The position numbers and the translations under genes are program-made. Shown here piece after piece: positions 11,655 to 23,135 of a stretch of 64,000 nt of DNA. The notes beneath the pieces were generated by a model that saw only the letters and a list, made by a program, of their open reading frames with translations, was not told where the DNA came from and did not search any database. Every line of letters starts with the position of its first letter. Position 1 is the stretch's first letter. Source of the stretch: Marinicella sp. (GTDB taxonomy: Bacteria; Pseudomonadota; Gammaproteobacteria; Xanthomonadales; Marinicellaceae); the NCBI GenBank assembly GCA_965230295.1, contig OZ246001.1:864001-928000 (forward strand), read 5' to 3'.

Positions 11655-12287
11655 TTAGTCATCCGGCAAATCAAACTCAATGGTTTGTGTAGCCACTTGT
11701 TCAACACCTTGGCCATTCACAACTTTTGGCTTGAATTTAAATTTCAATATGGCGCGTATGGCTTCACGATCAAAAATCCTGCGTGGCTTGGCATCAACCA
11801 CTTCAGGGTTAGATACTGTTCCTGTAGCGGTAATGGTGAACTTAACTTTCACCCAACCTTCAATTTTTGCCATCAATGCTTTTCGTGGATATTGCGGCGC
11901 AATACGAACGATGGGTATAACACCACCTTCTTCACTCATGTTAACCTGGCCAACAGCACCCAAGAATGGGCCGTCTCCACCCACACCCAAATCTAAATTA
12001 GGGATGTTAGGCGTAGGCATGTTGTTCACCACTTGTTGATTTTGTTGAACATTCATTTTTGGTGGTGGTGGTGGCTCTTTAGGAGGTGGCGGTTTCTTTG
12101 GAATTCTTCTTGAACGTTGACGCACCTCTTCATCCAATTTCACTTTGGTGAAATCGATGGCTGGTAAATCGTCATCACCTCTGGCATTGTCTGCAGCCTG
12201 ACTCACCAAAGTGTGCATCACAAGATACAACACAACGGTGATTGCTGCTGCAATAAACGCCACCAAAATATAACGTGGTAAACTCAT
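11655..12287 (-). CDS. tonB: Energy transducer TonB
   Basis: N-terminal TM, Pro-rich linker, PQYP..A...IEGWV C-terminal domain. Confidence 0.95.
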   Translation of the reverse strand: MSLPRYILVAFIAAAITVVLYLVMHTLVSQAADNARGDDDLPAIDFTKVKLDEEVRQRSRRIPKKPPPPKEPPPPPKMNVQQNQQVVNNMPTPNIPNLDLGVGGDGPFLGAVGQVNMSEEGGVIPIVRIAPQYPRKALMAKIEGWVKVKFTITATGTVSNPEVVDAKPRRIFDREAIRAILKFKFKPKVVNGQGVEQVATQTIEFDLPDD

Positions 12288-12293
12288 ATACTT

Positions 12294-12698
12294 TTACCCC
12301 TGACCTTTTTCAGCAGCGATTGAAATGCTGGCAACTCCTGCTGATTTAATTTGGTCCATAACTTCTACCAAATCACCAGTTCTAGAACCTCTGTCTGCAA
12401 TAATAACAGCGCTGGCTTCAGGGTTTTCAGCATGCATTTTCTCAACACGAGACCGCACTGCTCTTAAGTCAACTTCTTGTTTGTTAATCCAAATGACCCC
12501 ATCTTCTTTGATGGCAACCAATATATTTCCTTTCTTCACTTGTTTGGCTTGTGAACTACTGGGTCGAGAAATATCAACGCCTGTTTCTTTGACAAATGAA
12601 GTGGTCACAATGAAAAAAATCAACATGATAAATACCACGTCCAACATGGGCGTGATGTTGATTTCTGCTTCGTCTTCATGAAAGTGTCTTTTTTTCAT
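12294..12698 (-). CDS. exbD: ExbD
   Basis: INITPMLDVVFIMLIFFIVT motif. Confidence 0.95.
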   Translation of the reverse strand: MKKRHFHEDEAEINITPMLDVVFIMLIFFIVTTSFVKETGVDISRPSSSQAKQVKKGNILVAIKEDGVIWINKQEVDLRAVRSRVEKMHAENPEASAVIIADRGSRTGDLVEVMDQIKSAGVASISIAAEKGQG

Positions 12699-12755
12699 AT
12701 TTTTTCTCTGGTTCTTTGCTTCTGACTCTATAGATTACTATTTAGTTCAAAATCT

Positions 12756-13280
12756 TTAATGTGATTGCATGCGGTCTTCTAATTTCTCAGCTTCAACAAT
12801 GGCTTTGTGCTTGAAAAATGTAGTGAAGAATACACCCGAGAGTGCGGCCACCATGCCGGCCATGGTTGGGATGGTTGCTTTGGAAACACCTCCAGCCATT
12901 GCCCTGGCATTACTGGTACCAGCAATCGCCATGATGTCAAACACCTGAAGCATGCCATAGACCGTACCGAACAATCCAAACAAGGGACTGATGGCTACCA
13001 AGGCCTCTAAAAATCCCAGACCGGATCGCAATTCAATCGATGCTTCTGAAACTTTGGCTTCTTTGATTCTTTTGGCATACCAAGTGGTGGTATCGTCTCT
13101 GTTATCCCAATCAGAAATGATTTTATTCCTTAATTTGGGATAGGTCACAAAGTAATACCAACTACGCTCAAGAATCATCAACCACATGACAAACAGTAAG
13201 ATCATGATGGCCCAGAGTACTGGGCCACCCATCTCGACAAAAGCTAAAATGTCATACCATCGCTCTTTGAGCCAATACAT
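12756..13280 (-). CDS. exbB: MotA/TolQ/ExbB proton channel protein
   Basis: SPLFGLFGTVYGM and AGGVSKA..PTMAG motifs. Confidence 0.9.
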   Translation of the reverse strand: MYWLKERWYDILAFVEMGGPVLWAIMILLFVMWLMILERSWYYFVTYPKLRNKIISDWDNRDDTTTWYAKRIKEAKVSEASIELRSGLGFLEALVAISPLFGLFGTVYGMLQVFDIMAIAGTSNARAMAGGVSKATIPTMAGMVAALSGVFFTTFFKHKAIVEAEKLEDRMQSH

Positions 13281-13282
13281 TC

Positions 13283-14647
13283 TTATTGCTCCGCCATCTT
13301 GGCTACGATACCAGCACTCTGCTCTTCAAGCACTTGAGTCTGTTTCCTGGCCATTGATTGCAATACTGAATGAAGTACTGTCAAAGGAATGGCAACAACC
13401 AAACCAAGAACAGTGGTTACCAGTGCCATCGAAATACCACCAGCCATAGATTTAGGATCACCCGTACCCATCAGCGTAATCATTTGGAACGTTTGAATCA
13501 TACCAACAACCGTACCTAAAAGACCCATCAATGGAGCGATGACATACAACACTTTGATGAAAGACAGTCCTGATTCCAATGGTCCAGTTTCTCTGAGGAT
13601 CGCTTCATCGAGCTTAAGCTCCATGGTTTCAATATCAGAGTCAGGATTCTCAGTGTATACAGACATGATGCGTCCCAACGCATTGTTTTGGTTAGGTTGT
13701 TTTTTCTTCAATTGTGCTTTCATTTTTCCGCCGGATGAAAATAGCATGAAGAACTTAATCACGGCAATGATCAATCCAAAAGCGCCTAAAGCCAAAATAA
13801 CATAACCCACTGGGCCACCTTGTTTGATTTTATCTTGAATACTCGGTGTTTGTACCACCAGTTGTAGAATGGTGCCACGGGTATAGTCAACTGGCACTTG
13901 AGCCAATTCACCTTGTGATGTTCCGACAAAACTCTTGGCCATGCTGGCATATTGTGCAGCAGGCTGCTTTTGTAGTCTTTGTAACTCACCACGGCCGGTT
14001 CCAGTACCGGCATCGGCTGCTGATTTCCAAACCAAGAAGTTACCATTTGAATCGAAAGCGTTGAAAGTACCTACTCGGGTGACAGAAACATTGTCTTCGA
14101 CCTCACCCCTTTCATCACGGATGCTGGTGGTGAATCTTGAAATTTTACCTTCTTCAATGATTTCTCTTTGTATTTCAACCCAAAGTTGGCGTAATTCTTG
14201 GATGTTAGGCAATTTGGTTTGAGACGCCAGCTGAGTTAAAAACTCAACACGGCCATCTATTTCTGCAGAAGTCATTGACTCTTCAAGTGCACTTCTCAAA
14301 TCACCCGCCAAAACTTTAACTGTTCCAGCCATTTCACCTAAATTACCAGCCCTTTCTGCCAGGGTGGTTTCCAGGTCAGCCAGAGTCAACTCATTTTCAT
14401 CGAAAGCAGTTTTCAGCTCTTCGGTTCTGCGCTCTAATGCTGCCAATTGGGCCCTTGCTTCGGACAACAGTCGGCTTTGTTGATCACGTTGTCGTTTAAA
14501 GTCAGCTTCCCGTTGTTGATTGGCTTGTGAACTTTCAGTGGCTGCTCGTTGTACAACTTTAAGCAGTTGATCCAATGACATGTCTTGTGCTTGGGTGTAA
14601 GTGGACATCAAGCCAAGGGTCAATAATGTAATGATGTATTTTTTCAT
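13283..14647 (-). CDS. TtpC-like large MotA/TolQ/ExbB protein
   Basis: Signal peptide, periplasmic coiled coil, C-terminal APLMGLLGTV / MAGGISMALVTTVLGL. Confidence 0.85.
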   Translation of the reverse strand: MKKYIITLLTLGLMSTYTQAQDMSLDQLLKVVQRAATESSQANQQREADFKRQRDQQSRLLSEARAQLAALERRTEELKTAFDENELTLADLETTLAERAGNLGEMAGTVKVLAGDLRSALEESMTSAEIDGRVEFLTQLASQTKLPNIQELRQLWVEIQREIIEEGKISRFTTSIRDERGEVEDNVSVTRVGTFNAFDSNGNFLVWKSAADAGTGTGRGELQRLQKQPAAQYASMAKSFVGTSQGELAQVPVDYTRGTILQLVVQTPSIQDKIKQGGPVGYVILALGAFGLIIAVIKFFMLFSSGGKMKAQLKKKQPNQNNALGRIMSVYTENPDSDIETMELKLDEAILRETGPLESGLSFIKVLYVIAPLMGLLGTVVGMIQTFQMITLMGTGDPKSMAGGISMALVTTVLGLVVAIPLTVLHSVLQSMARKQTQVLEEQSAGIVAKMAEQ

Positions 14648-14650
14648 GTC

Positions 14651-15427
14651 TTATTCTCCGCCTGAAACTTGAAACAAAATAGGTAATCCAACTAAGTTGG
14701 GCGCTGCTTGTTTGGCAGCAATTCTGATGCCATCTTTGATGGCGGAGTTGTAACGATCAGGCAACTCTTCAAATCGTCTGGTTTGGGTGTTATACCAACC
14801 TGATTTTTTCTCATCAAGTGTTTGGTACAACAATGCCGTACGACCAATTTGTAAAAAGTTAACGTTCACACCACCATCGATATTCGCTTGATATGTAGAT
14901 ACCGAACGACCATAATCCAGTTCGATTTGATAGGCTTCAGTTACTTTTCTGTATTTCTCAGAAGTCGTTACATTAGAAGCATTCAACATATTTTCCAATT
15001 GAGTCACACGATTAAGCCTTTCATTTATTCTGAATGGCACATCTGCTTCAACAATTTTTCTCAACATATCAACCATCTCGATAACCATAGGTACTACAGC
15101 TCTGTTGGTTGATTCCAATTCAGTCATTTGAGCATTCATAGACTGAATTTGTGAATTCTGATCATTAACCACAGCCTCTAGCTGTTGGTTATAAACGGTC
15201 AAACTTTCAATCTCAGAGAGAACGGTCCGGTATTGAACCAATAATTCTTCGGTTTGATCGCTGAGGCGATCAATGTTTTTTTGTGAATTTTCTGCTGCAT
15301 TGTTGGTGTTTGTCACCACTTGAACAGCCGTTTGTAACTGGGCAAAACCTGCCATCGAAGTTACCATTAAAGCCAAAACCACCAAACCTTTGGTGAAACT
15401 GACTTTAGAAATTTGAGATATCAACAT
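14651..15427 (-). CDS. DUF3450-like (TtpB-like) periplasmic coiled-coil protein
   Basis: D.PF..ER..R, SEKYR...EAYQIE.DYG and FLQIGR.AL motifs; first gene of the TonB2-type cluster. Confidence 0.85.
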   Translation of the reverse strand: MLISQISKVSFTKGLVVLALMVTSMAGFAQLQTAVQVVTNTNNAAENSQKNIDRLSDQTEELLVQYRTVLSEIESLTVYNQQLEAVVNDQNSQIQSMNAQMTELESTNRAVVPMVIEMVDMLRKIVEADVPFRINERLNRVTQLENMLNASNVTTSEKYRKVTEAYQIELDYGRSVSTYQANIDGGVNVNFLQIGRTALLYQTLDEKKSGWYNTQTRRFEELPDRYNSAIKDGIRIAAKQAAPNLVGLPILFQVSGGE

Positions 15428-15669
15428 ACCTTCCCTTCCAATAAATTGTGTTTAAGAAAACGTGTGAACCAAACCATTATGACTAAAATTACGCACATAA
15501 TTCAGTCTAAAAAGAGTCCCCACTCGACTTAGTGGTGAACAAGAATAACTGCCTTTTTTAAAAATTTAAAGTAATAATTACATAAATTTAAGATTTTTTT
15601 TGTTACCAATCAACAGCTAAATTCTTTAAAATCCATGCACCTCAATGCTTTAGGGATCAAATAGTAAAA

Positions 15670-16077
15670 ATGAAAAAAAGTAAACTTTGGAAACATGTGG
15701 CTGCCCTGATCTACGACATATTTCCTATTTTGGGCATTTTTCTCATTACGTCACTTTTCTTGGTTTTAATTCGGCACGGGGAGGAAGTCCAGCCAAGAAC
15801 CCTTTGGTTACAACTCTTATTATTCTCAGAAGTGTTTTTATATTTCACATATTCTTGGAAAAAAGGTGGCCAAACCCTGGGCATGCGAGCCTGGAAAATT
15901 GGCATTGAAGATTACCCCAATTTGACATGGCCTCAAGTCTCAACGCGTTTCTTCGTAGGCTTGGCATCAACAGTTCTATTGGGTGCCGGCCTTTGGATCA
16001 GGTCTCTGAATACCCGTGAAATGACATGGATGGACATGGCATGCCAACGCAAAGTCTTCAGCTTATCTGACGAATGA
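15670..16077 (+). CDS. RDD family membrane protein
   Basis: AALIYD and GQTLGMRAWKI motifs; conserved neighbour of lptG. Confidence 0.85.
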   Translation: MKKSKLWKHVAALIYDIFPILGIFLITSLFLVLIRHGEEVQPRTLWLQLLLFSEVFLYFTYSWKKGGQTLGMRAWKIGIEDYPNLTWPQVSTRFFVGLASTVLLGAGLWIRSLNTREMTWMDMACQRKVFSLSDE

Positions 16078-16091
16078 GACCAAAAACCTGA

Positions 16092-17174
16092 CTAACGGCG
16101 TAATTTGCCAGACAACATCAACAACAAGATACTGAACAACAACAATGATGGAATCACTGTAATCAAAATTGGATTGACATGATAGACCTCACCAAAATTC
16201 AGCAGTGTTTTGTTGATCAAGTAAACCACAATGCCAATCACAATACCGGTCACCAAACGTTGGGCAAAACCACCAGACCTGACTTGACCAAATAAAACCA
16301 TGATGCCACACAAGGCCGTGGTCATCACCAGCAACGGAAAAGCCAGCTTCGACCACCTGGCAATTTGATAAGAAGATTGCAGCGAACCTGTTCTGGCATT
16401 GAACTGTTCAAACTTTTTGATGTCTCTGATACTTAAGTACTTTGGCCTTGTGGTACTGATGTTAAGAATTTCAGGTTTGATTCTGGAAGCCCATTGCAGC
16501 TGTTCCAATTCTTTGGTGGCTACCCCCTGCTCATTGAAAACCGAAACTTTCAAACCACTTAAAGTCCATTGTTGATCAGCAAATACCGCCGATGCAGCCT
16601 CAGAAACCTGAACCAGTTTCTTATCTTGCAATTCAAATACGGTCACATCTACCAACTCGTAAGACCCGGCCGGTTGGGTCTTCCTCATTTGATTGGTTCT
16701 GAAAATCACATCACCATCACGTAACCAGATGGCATTGGAAGCTGAAGTGGCTTTACCTTGTGATATTTGTTCATTGCGAAACTGTTGGGCCATTTGATCG
16801 CCAGCTGGGCTGATGTACTCTCCCATCAACACAACCAACACCAACCAACTGCTCACACTGAATAAAATAATCAATGCTATTTTCAACTTACTGACACCAG
16901 AGGTCATCATGACCACCAGTTCCGAACCATTGGCCAATGCTCCCAATGAGACCACCACTGCCACCACAACACTGACCGGAAACAACTCATAAATTTTACT
17001 GGGAATGGTCAACATCACAAAGAAAAAAACATCGCCCAATGTATAAACGCTGGTGATGTCATTCAACTCTTTGATTAAGTTGAACAACACATCAATGGCC
17101 AACAACAGCATCACAGCCATCAGCAAACCCATTGAAAAGGTTTTGAATATGTACCTGGTTAATATGGACATCAT
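16092..17174 (-). CDS. lptG: LPS export permease LptG
   Basis: LGALANGSELVVM..SGVS motif; 6 TM; paired with lptF. Confidence 0.92.
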   Translation of the reverse strand: MMSILTRYIFKTFSMGLLMAVMLLLAIDVLFNLIKELNDITSVYTLGDVFFFVMLTIPSKIYELFPVSVVVAVVVSLGALANGSELVVMMTSGVSKLKIALIILFSVSSWLVLVVLMGEYISPAGDQMAQQFRNEQISQGKATSASNAIWLRDGDVIFRTNQMRKTQPAGSYELVDVTVFELQDKKLVQVSEAASAVFADQQWTLSGLKVSVFNEQGVATKELEQLQWASRIKPEILNISTTRPKYLSIRDIKKFEQFNARTGSLQSSYQIARWSKLAFPLLVMTTALCGIMVLFGQVRSGGFAQRLVTGIVIGIVVYLINKTLLNFGEVYHVNPILITVIPSLLLFSILLLMLSGKLRR

Positions 17175-18259
17175 GCATTCACCCCGGTGACACCGGCAGC
17201 CATTTTAGGTCCGTCTATTTTCTGTAATCGCCAAATCCCATACCCGGCCAACAACAAATATACCCACCATAAGCCCAAATTGATTGGCAGTTGACCTTGC
17301 TCTAATAATGAATGTCCAATGGTTAATAAGTTGACCATAAATGTATAGGCTAAAATCCCAACCACCAAATTGATGAATTTGGCTTCTCGATGAGAAGTTT
17401 TTGCCAAAGCGATGGCTAAAATAAACAGCGCCAACATGGAAAAAGCCGGACTTAAACGCCAGTGAAATTGCGCTTGATCTTTTAAATCATCAGATTGCAT
17501 CAACTCCAAAGTAGGCTTAGACTTCTCATCCAAATCTGCAATCTGCTGATCCAAATCAGGCAACTTGATGTCATTCCGATCAAACTTCATCATTTGATAA
17601 GCATTGGTGCCAGGCTTGCCTTCATTTCGATAACCGTTAAATAAGGCCACATATTTTTGTTCATTTTCTTCAAATTGGTAGCCGTATTCTGCCGTCACTG
17701 TATCAATCCTGTCCGGATGATAAATGTTGGCAAAAATATTTTCTACCCGCTGTGTTTCGGCATCTATTTTTTCTACAAAAATCACCCCTTCATCGGAAAA
17801 AAACTTTTGAAACTTACCTTCAGTCAGGCCCATTAAGGAAATGTTTTCATTGGCTTGGGTGGTTAATTCTTTAGAAAGCCTGGCTGCCTGAGGCGATACC
17901 ACCATAGAAATCAACAGCATTAAGACGAACACCACCCACATCAAAGGTGCCAAAGCACGCAAGACATCCTTGCTTGACCAGCCCATGGCATGCATCATGA
18001 CGGCTTCTTGGTTGCGATAAAGCTGACTTAATGAAACCAAAACACCCAGATAGAATGACAAAGGGATCAGAATCGTCAACACATCAACGGATCGCAAACT
18101 TAATTCAATGAATAACAGCTCAGGTGGCAATATCCCTCTGGCAATCGCACGCAGGGTTGAAGTGAACAAGGTACCCACCATCAACAGAAATAACAGCAAC
18201 AAGACCACCATTGAAGTTTTGATCGTTTGTTTTCTGAGGTAGTTGGCTAAAATATTCAT
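17171..18259 (-). CDS. lptF: LPS export permease LptF
   Basis: PLSFYLG...LYRNQEAVMM motif; divergent from pepA; start moved to ATG 18259. Confidence 0.9.
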   Translation of the reverse strand: MNILANYLRKQTIKTSMVVLLLLFLLMVGTLFTSTLRAIARGILPPELLFIELSLRSVDVLTILIPLSFYLGVLVSLSQLYRNQEAVMMHAMGWSSKDVLRALAPLMWVVFVLMLLISMVVSPQAARLSKELTTQANENISLMGLTEGKFQKFFSDEGVIFVEKIDAETQRVENIFANIYHPDRIDTVTAEYGYQFEENEQKYVALFNGYRNEGKPGTNAYQMMKFDRNDIKLPDLDQQIADLDEKSKPTLELMQSDDLKDQAQFHWRLSPAFSMLALFILAIALAKTSHREAKFINLVVGILAYTFMVNLLTIGHSLLEQGQLPINLGLWWVYLLLAGYGIWRLQKIDGPKMAAGVTGVNA

Positions 18260-18351
18260 TCTTTGTCCATTAAATTCTTGGCGCACATTTTAGCAGATAG
18301 ACATTAACTAATTGTTGGCTAAATTTAACAGCTGCCTACAAACCCAACATG

Positions 18352-18584
18352 GGAGAACTGTCGGACAGTTCGACCAGCGCAGGTAATGAAAGCATGGTGT
18401 TTAACCTGAAAGGTAATAAGCCTTACTTAAATACCGTAGCTCGTCCGAAGTAGTAAGCCATGTCAGCCGAGTCACCTCAGCTTTCACTTTTGTTGGAACA
18501 GACATGCAGTGCGAAGCAACTGCTCAGACAATAGTCGGTAAAGGTCGGTTTATTTGCGCAGCAAATATGAAGACCTGTCAGACC
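18352..18584 (+). repeat. Dispersed intergenic repeat copy 1 (MITE/REP-like); core 18352-18399, right boundary uncertain
   Basis: Core GGAGAACTGTCGGACAGTTCGACCAGCGCAGGTAATGAAAGCATGGTG matches copy 2 at 44/48 and copy 3 at 36/41; internal hairpins. Confidence 0.75.
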
Positions 18585-18704
18585 ATGAACCAGAATGAAG
18601 TCCAAGGACATTCATTTTAATGTAGCGCTAATCATAATTAGCACTGGTTTATGTTTCTCAGGTTGATTAAAATGGCCAGTTCGTTCAATTCCGGAGCCAA
18701 GGGC

Positions 18705-20171
18705 ATGAAAATTAAAGCCACTCATCAAGCTGTGCATGAGACACAAGCAGATCACATCATTGTAGGCCATTACAACGATCAAAAAAACAACCCTCAAATC
18801 GACCTACTGGGTGACGACATAAAAGCTCAGTTTGCCAATCGATTGGCAAACGAAGATTTTACTGGTCAAAGCGGTCAGATTTTGACCTTATATAAGGATG
18901 ACGGTCAAGTTGTCAATGTTTTGGGCTTGGGTAAAGCGGATAAATTGACCGCAACTGCCTTGTATGAGAACACACACAAAGCCTTTGGTTCGCTGGCCAA
19001 GTCCAGAGCAAAATCTGTTGGTAATTACTTGGCCACCTGTGAATTTACCCATATAGATGCTGACCAAGCCATCAAACTGGTGACCTTGGCTGCCGCTCAT
19101 GCTGAATACCGTTACGAAGACACCAAGTCATTTAAAAAGGACAACAAGCATGGATTAAAACTGATGGAAGTGGCTGTCAGCAAAGAGCAAAAGCCTGCCT
19201 TAAAGCAAGCCAAAGCCATGGCAAGTGGTGTCCATGCTGCACGTCACCTGGGCAACAACCCACCGAATATATGCAATCCTAAATACATAGCTGAGTATGC
19301 CACCAGGATTGCAGAGAAGCACAAAGATTGCGAAATCAATGTGCTGAACCACAAGCAAATGAAAAAAATGGGCATGGGTGCCTTGCTGGCTGTTGGTCAA
19401 GGCAGCCACAATAAACCCAAAATGGTGGTACTTAAATACAATGGTGCTGACAAAGATCAGGCACCGATTGCATTGGTCGGCAAAGGCATCACTTTTGACA
19501 CCGGCGGCATTTCATTGAAACCAGGCCTTAATATGGACGAAATGAAATATGACATGTGTGGTGCGGCCACCGTCATTGGCGGATTCGTTGCGGCTGTTGA
19601 GCTGGGTTTGCCGATCAATTTAATGACCTTTGTGGCTGCAGTAGAAAACATGCCTGATGGCAAAGCCTATCGTCCTGGCGATGTCATCACCTCTTACTCA
19701 GGTAAAACCATAGAAGTGTTGAACACCGATGCCGAAGGTCGAATGATCTTGTGTGACACCTTAACTTATGCACAGGAGTTCAATCCGTCAGTGGTGCTTG
19801 ATTTTGCCACGCTGACTGGTGCTTGTGTGGTTGCGTTGGGACACCAAGCATCTGCCGTGATGACCAAAACTGAAGGCCTGTATGATGACTTAAAAACAGC
19901 CGGCCTACAGTCTCATGACCGTGTTTGGGAATTGCCACTTTGGGATGAGTACCAAAAGCAAATCGACACCACTTTTGCTGACATGCAAAACATTGGCGGC
20001 TTTCCTGCCGGAACGATCACTGCAGGATGCTTCTTGTCACGCTTTACTGATGGACAAAAATGGGCGCATGTTGACATTGCAGGAACGGCCTGGAACAACA
20101 AAAAAGAAGGAGCCACTGGCCGCCCTGTAGCCATGTTGACTCAATATTTAATCAGTGAAAGTGAAAAGTAA
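18705..20171 (+). CDS. pepA: Leucyl aminopeptidase (M17)
   Basis: VGKGITFDTGG, MKYDMCG and NTDAEGR motifs; start probably ATG 18705. Confidence 0.97.
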   Translation: MKIKATHQAVHETQADHIIVGHYNDQKNNPQIDLLGDDIKAQFANRLANEDFTGQSGQILTLYKDDGQVVNVLGLGKADKLTATALYENTHKAFGSLAKSRAKSVGNYLATCEFTHIDADQAIKLVTLAAAHAEYRYEDTKSFKKDNKHGLKLMEVAVSKEQKPALKQAKAMASGVHAARHLGNNPPNICNPKYIAEYATRIAEKHKDCEINVLNHKQMKKMGMGALLAVGQGSHNKPKMVVLKYNGADKDQAPIALVGKGITFDTGGISLKPGLNMDEMKYDMCGAATVIGGFVAAVELGLPINLMTFVAAVENMPDGKAYRPGDVITSYSGKTIEVLNTDAEGRMILCDTLTYAQEFNPSVVLDFATLTGACVVALGHQASAVMTKTEGLYDDLKTAGLQSHDRVWELPLWDEYQKQIDTTFADMQNIGGFPAGTITAGCFLSRFTDGQKWAHVDIAGTAWNNKKEGATGRPVAMLTQYLISESEK

Positions 20172-20192
20172 GTACTAACATAGCAATTGACC

Positions 20193-22964
20193 ATGATAGA
20201 AAAATACGACCCAACCCAGATTGAAACCAAGTGGTACCAAAACTGGGAAAAGAATGGATACTTCAAAGCCAATCCCGAAGGTGATGAGTCTTATTGCATC
20301 ATGATCCCACCACCGAATGTAACAGGTACATTGCACATGGGACATGCTTTTCAGGACACCATCATGGATACCCTGATACGTTATCACCGCATGCAAGGAA
20401 AAAACACCCTGTGGCAACCAGGTACTGACCATGCAGGCATTGCCACACAAATGGTGGTTGAACGGCAGCTCAATGCCCAAGGCACTTCTCGCGCTGAGTT
20501 GGGGCGTGAGGCCTTTGTGGAAAAAGTGTGGGAATGGAAAGAACAATCAGGCAACACAATAACCAATCAATTGCGCCGCATGGGCGCATCGCCTGATTGG
20601 TCACGCCAAAGATTCACCATGGATGAAGGCTTGTCCGATGCCGTGTTAAAAGTTTTCGTCGACTTGTATGATGAAGGGCTCATCTATCGTGGTCAAAGAT
20701 TGGTCAATTGGGACCCTACTTTAAATACAGCACTCAGTGATTTAGAGGTTGAGTCGATTGAAGAAAATGGCTTTATGTGGCACTTCAATTACCCCGTTGC
20801 AGATGACAATGGACAGGCCACTGAAGAATACCTGACCATAGCCACCACTCGACCAGAAACTTTACTGGGTGACACCGCAGTGGCCGTCAACCCAGCAGAC
20901 GACCGGTTTAAGCACTTGATCGGCAAACAGGTCTTGCTGCCCATTTGTGATCGCTTGATTCCGATTGTAGGCGATGAACACGCTGACCCTGAAAAAGGCA
21001 CGGGCTGTGTCAAAATCACCCCTGCTCATGATTTCAATGATTATGAAGTGGGTAAGCGCCATAGCCTGCCAATGATCAATGTGCTGAATTTTAATGCCAC
21101 AATCAATAAAAACGCCCCTGAAGTTTTTCACGGCTTGCCCAGATATGAAGCCAGAAAAGCAGTGGTCAGTCAGATGGAGGCGCTGGGCTTGTTGGTAGAA
21201 ACCAAACCACATGTGCTGATGGTGCCCCGCGGTGACCGTTCTGGAGATGTGATTGAACCCATGCTAACCAATCAATGGTATGTGGATGCCAAAACATTGG
21301 CCAAACCTGCCATCGAAGCAGTTGATAAAGGTGACATCAAGTTTGTTCCTGATAACTGGAAGAACACTTATTATGCCTGGATGAATGACATTCAAGACTG
21401 GTGCATCTCGCGCCAGTTGTGGTGGGGTCACCGCATTCCAGCCTGGTATGATGAACAAGACAACTTCTATGTTGGATTGTCTAAAGCGGCTGTGCGTGAG
21501 AAACATGGTCTGGACGATGACATCAAGTTGCGCCAAGACCAAGATGTATTGGACACCTGGTTTTCATCGGCCTTGTGGCCCTTTGCCACCTTAGATTGGC
21601 CAGAAAACTCTGAAGAGTTACAAACCTATTACCCAACCAACGTTCTGGTCACTGGGTTCGACATCATTTTCTTTTGGGTGGCCAGGATGATCATGATGGG
21701 TATCAAGTTCATGGACAACATACCATTTAAAGAGGTCTACATCCATGGTTTGGTGCGTGACTCTCATGGGCAGAAAATGTCCAAATCTAAAGGCAATGTC
21801 CTGGACCCTATAGACTTGATTGATGGCATCAGTTTGGATGACTTGTTAGCCAAACGTACCCAAGGGCTGATGCAAGATCAACCTGCCAAAATAGCCAAAA
21901 TCAAAAAGGCCACTGAAGATGAATTCCCCGATGGCATCAAGCCCTATGGTTGTGATGCCATGCGCTTTACATTTGCTTCATTGGCCAGCACCGGTCGTGA
22001 CGTGAATTTTGACATGGGCCGGGTTGAAGGTTACCGAAACTTCTGCAACAAAATTTTCAATGCCTCACGATTTGTGTTTATGAATACTGAAGATTTTGAA
22101 AACACGGCATTCGGTCTGGACAAGGCATCAACAGCAGAAAAGTGGATTGTTTCAAGGTTACAAAAATGCATCAGCGATTACCGCCAGCATATGGATCGCT
22201 ACCGACTGGACTTGGCCAGCCAATGTATTTATGACTTCTTTTGGAATGAGTACTGTGATTGGTTCCTGGAATTGGCCAAGCCCTTATTAAAGACCGAACA
22301 CAAGGCGCAAGTTCAAGGCACCTTGCTTTATGTCTTGGATCAGGCTTTGCGTTTATTACATCCCATCATGCCTTTTGTGACCGAAGAAATTTGGCAAGAA
22401 GTCAAACAAAAGCTTTCAATTTCAGATGAGTCCATCATGATCAGCACTTTTCCAGAATTCGATGAATCATTGACATCTCAGGCTGCTGAACAAACCATTC
22501 AATGGATCAAAGATTTCACTTTAGGCATCAGACAGATCAGGGGAGAAATGAACATCCCGCCATCCAAGTCCTTATCTGTATTGTTGTCCCAAGCCAGCCC
22601 AAAAGATTTGGAGTATTTAGCCAGCCATCAGCCATTGTTACAAACCATGGCCCGGTTAGAGGCCATAGAAGTTTTACACGCTGGCGATGAAGAACCTGCT
22701 TCAGCCACAGCTTTGATGGGGGAAATGAAAATATTGATCCCATTGGCTGGTATCATTGATAAGGTTGAGGAGACCAATCGAATCACCAAGCAAATGGACA
22801 AAATCAATCAGGAAATCAAACGCTCATCTGGCAAGCTGAACAATGAAAAATTTGTCAGCAAAGCGCCAACTCATTTGGTCGATGCTGAAAAAGATAAGCT
22901 GCAAGCCAATCAACAAGCCCTGAGAGAACTTCAAGAACAGCTGGAAAAATTGCAGGCGATGTGA
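20193..22964 (+). CDS. valS: Valine--tRNA ligase
   Basis: [30 protein letters not shown]-terminal coiled coil. Confidence 0.99.
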   Translation: MIEKYDPTQIETKWYQNWEKNGYFKANPEGDESYCIMIPPPNVTGTLHMGHAFQDTIMDTLIRYHRMQGKNTLWQPGTDHAGIATQMVVERQLNAQGTSRAELGREAFVEKVWEWKEQSGNTITNQLRRMGASPDWSRQRFTMDEGLSDAVLKVFVDLYDEGLIYRGQRLVNWDPTLNTALSDLEVESIEENGFMWHFNYPVADDNGQATEEYLTIATTRPETLLGDTAVAVNPADDRFKHLIGKQVLLPICDRLIPIVGDEHADPEKGTGCVKITPAHDFNDYEVGKRHSLPMINVLNFNATINKNAPEVFHGLPRYEARKAVVSQMEALGLLVETKPHVLMVPRGDRSGDVIEPMLTNQWYVDAKTLAKPAIEAVDKGDIKFVPDNWKNTYYAWMNDIQDWCISRQLWWGHRIPAWYDEQDNFYVGLSKAAVREKHGLDDDIKLRQDQDVLDTWFSSALWPFATLDWPENSEELQTYYPTNVLVTGFDIIFFWVARMIMMGIKFMDNIPFKEVYIHGLVRDSHGQKMSKSKGNVLDPIDLIDGISLDDLLAKRTQGLMQDQPAKIAKIKKATEDEFPDGIKPYGCDAMRFTFASLASTGRDVNFDMGRVEGYRNFCNKIFNASRFVFMNTEDFENTAFGLDKASTAEKWIVSRLQKCISDYRQHMDRYRLDLASQCIYDFFWNEYCDWFLELAKPLLKTEHKAQVQGTLLYVLDQALRLLHPIMPFVTEEIWQEVKQKLSISDESIMISTFPEFDESLTSQAAEQTIQWIKDFTLGIRQIRGEMNIPPSKSLSVLLSQASPKDLEYLASHQPLLQTMARLEAIEVLHAGDEEPASATALMGEMKILIPLAGIIDKVEETNRITKQMDKINQEIKRSSGKLNNEKFVSKAPTHLVDAEKDKLQANQQALRELQEQLEKLQAM

Positions 22965-22980
22965 TCTTCTTGTTCATCAA

Positions 22981-23009
22981 AAGGTGGCATGACCTGAACA
23001 TGTCACCTT
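22981..23009 (+). terminator. Hairpin after valS, possible terminator
   Basis: AAGGTGGCATG-loop-CATGTCACCTT; weak U tract. Confidence 0.45.
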
Positions 23010-23135
23010 GTAACTCCGTACTTTAAACACCCTAAATTCTGTATGCCTAAATGCAGAAAACATAATTTTGGTCTGCTCTATCAATAATTACCCAGCTTGG
23101 GTAAAATAATTAGCAGCGTACAAAAAAATAACACC

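Noticed and set aside
15430-15669. Fur box upstream of the TonB cluster
   Set aside because: The region is AT-rich but has no convincing GATAATGATAATCATTATC-like match.
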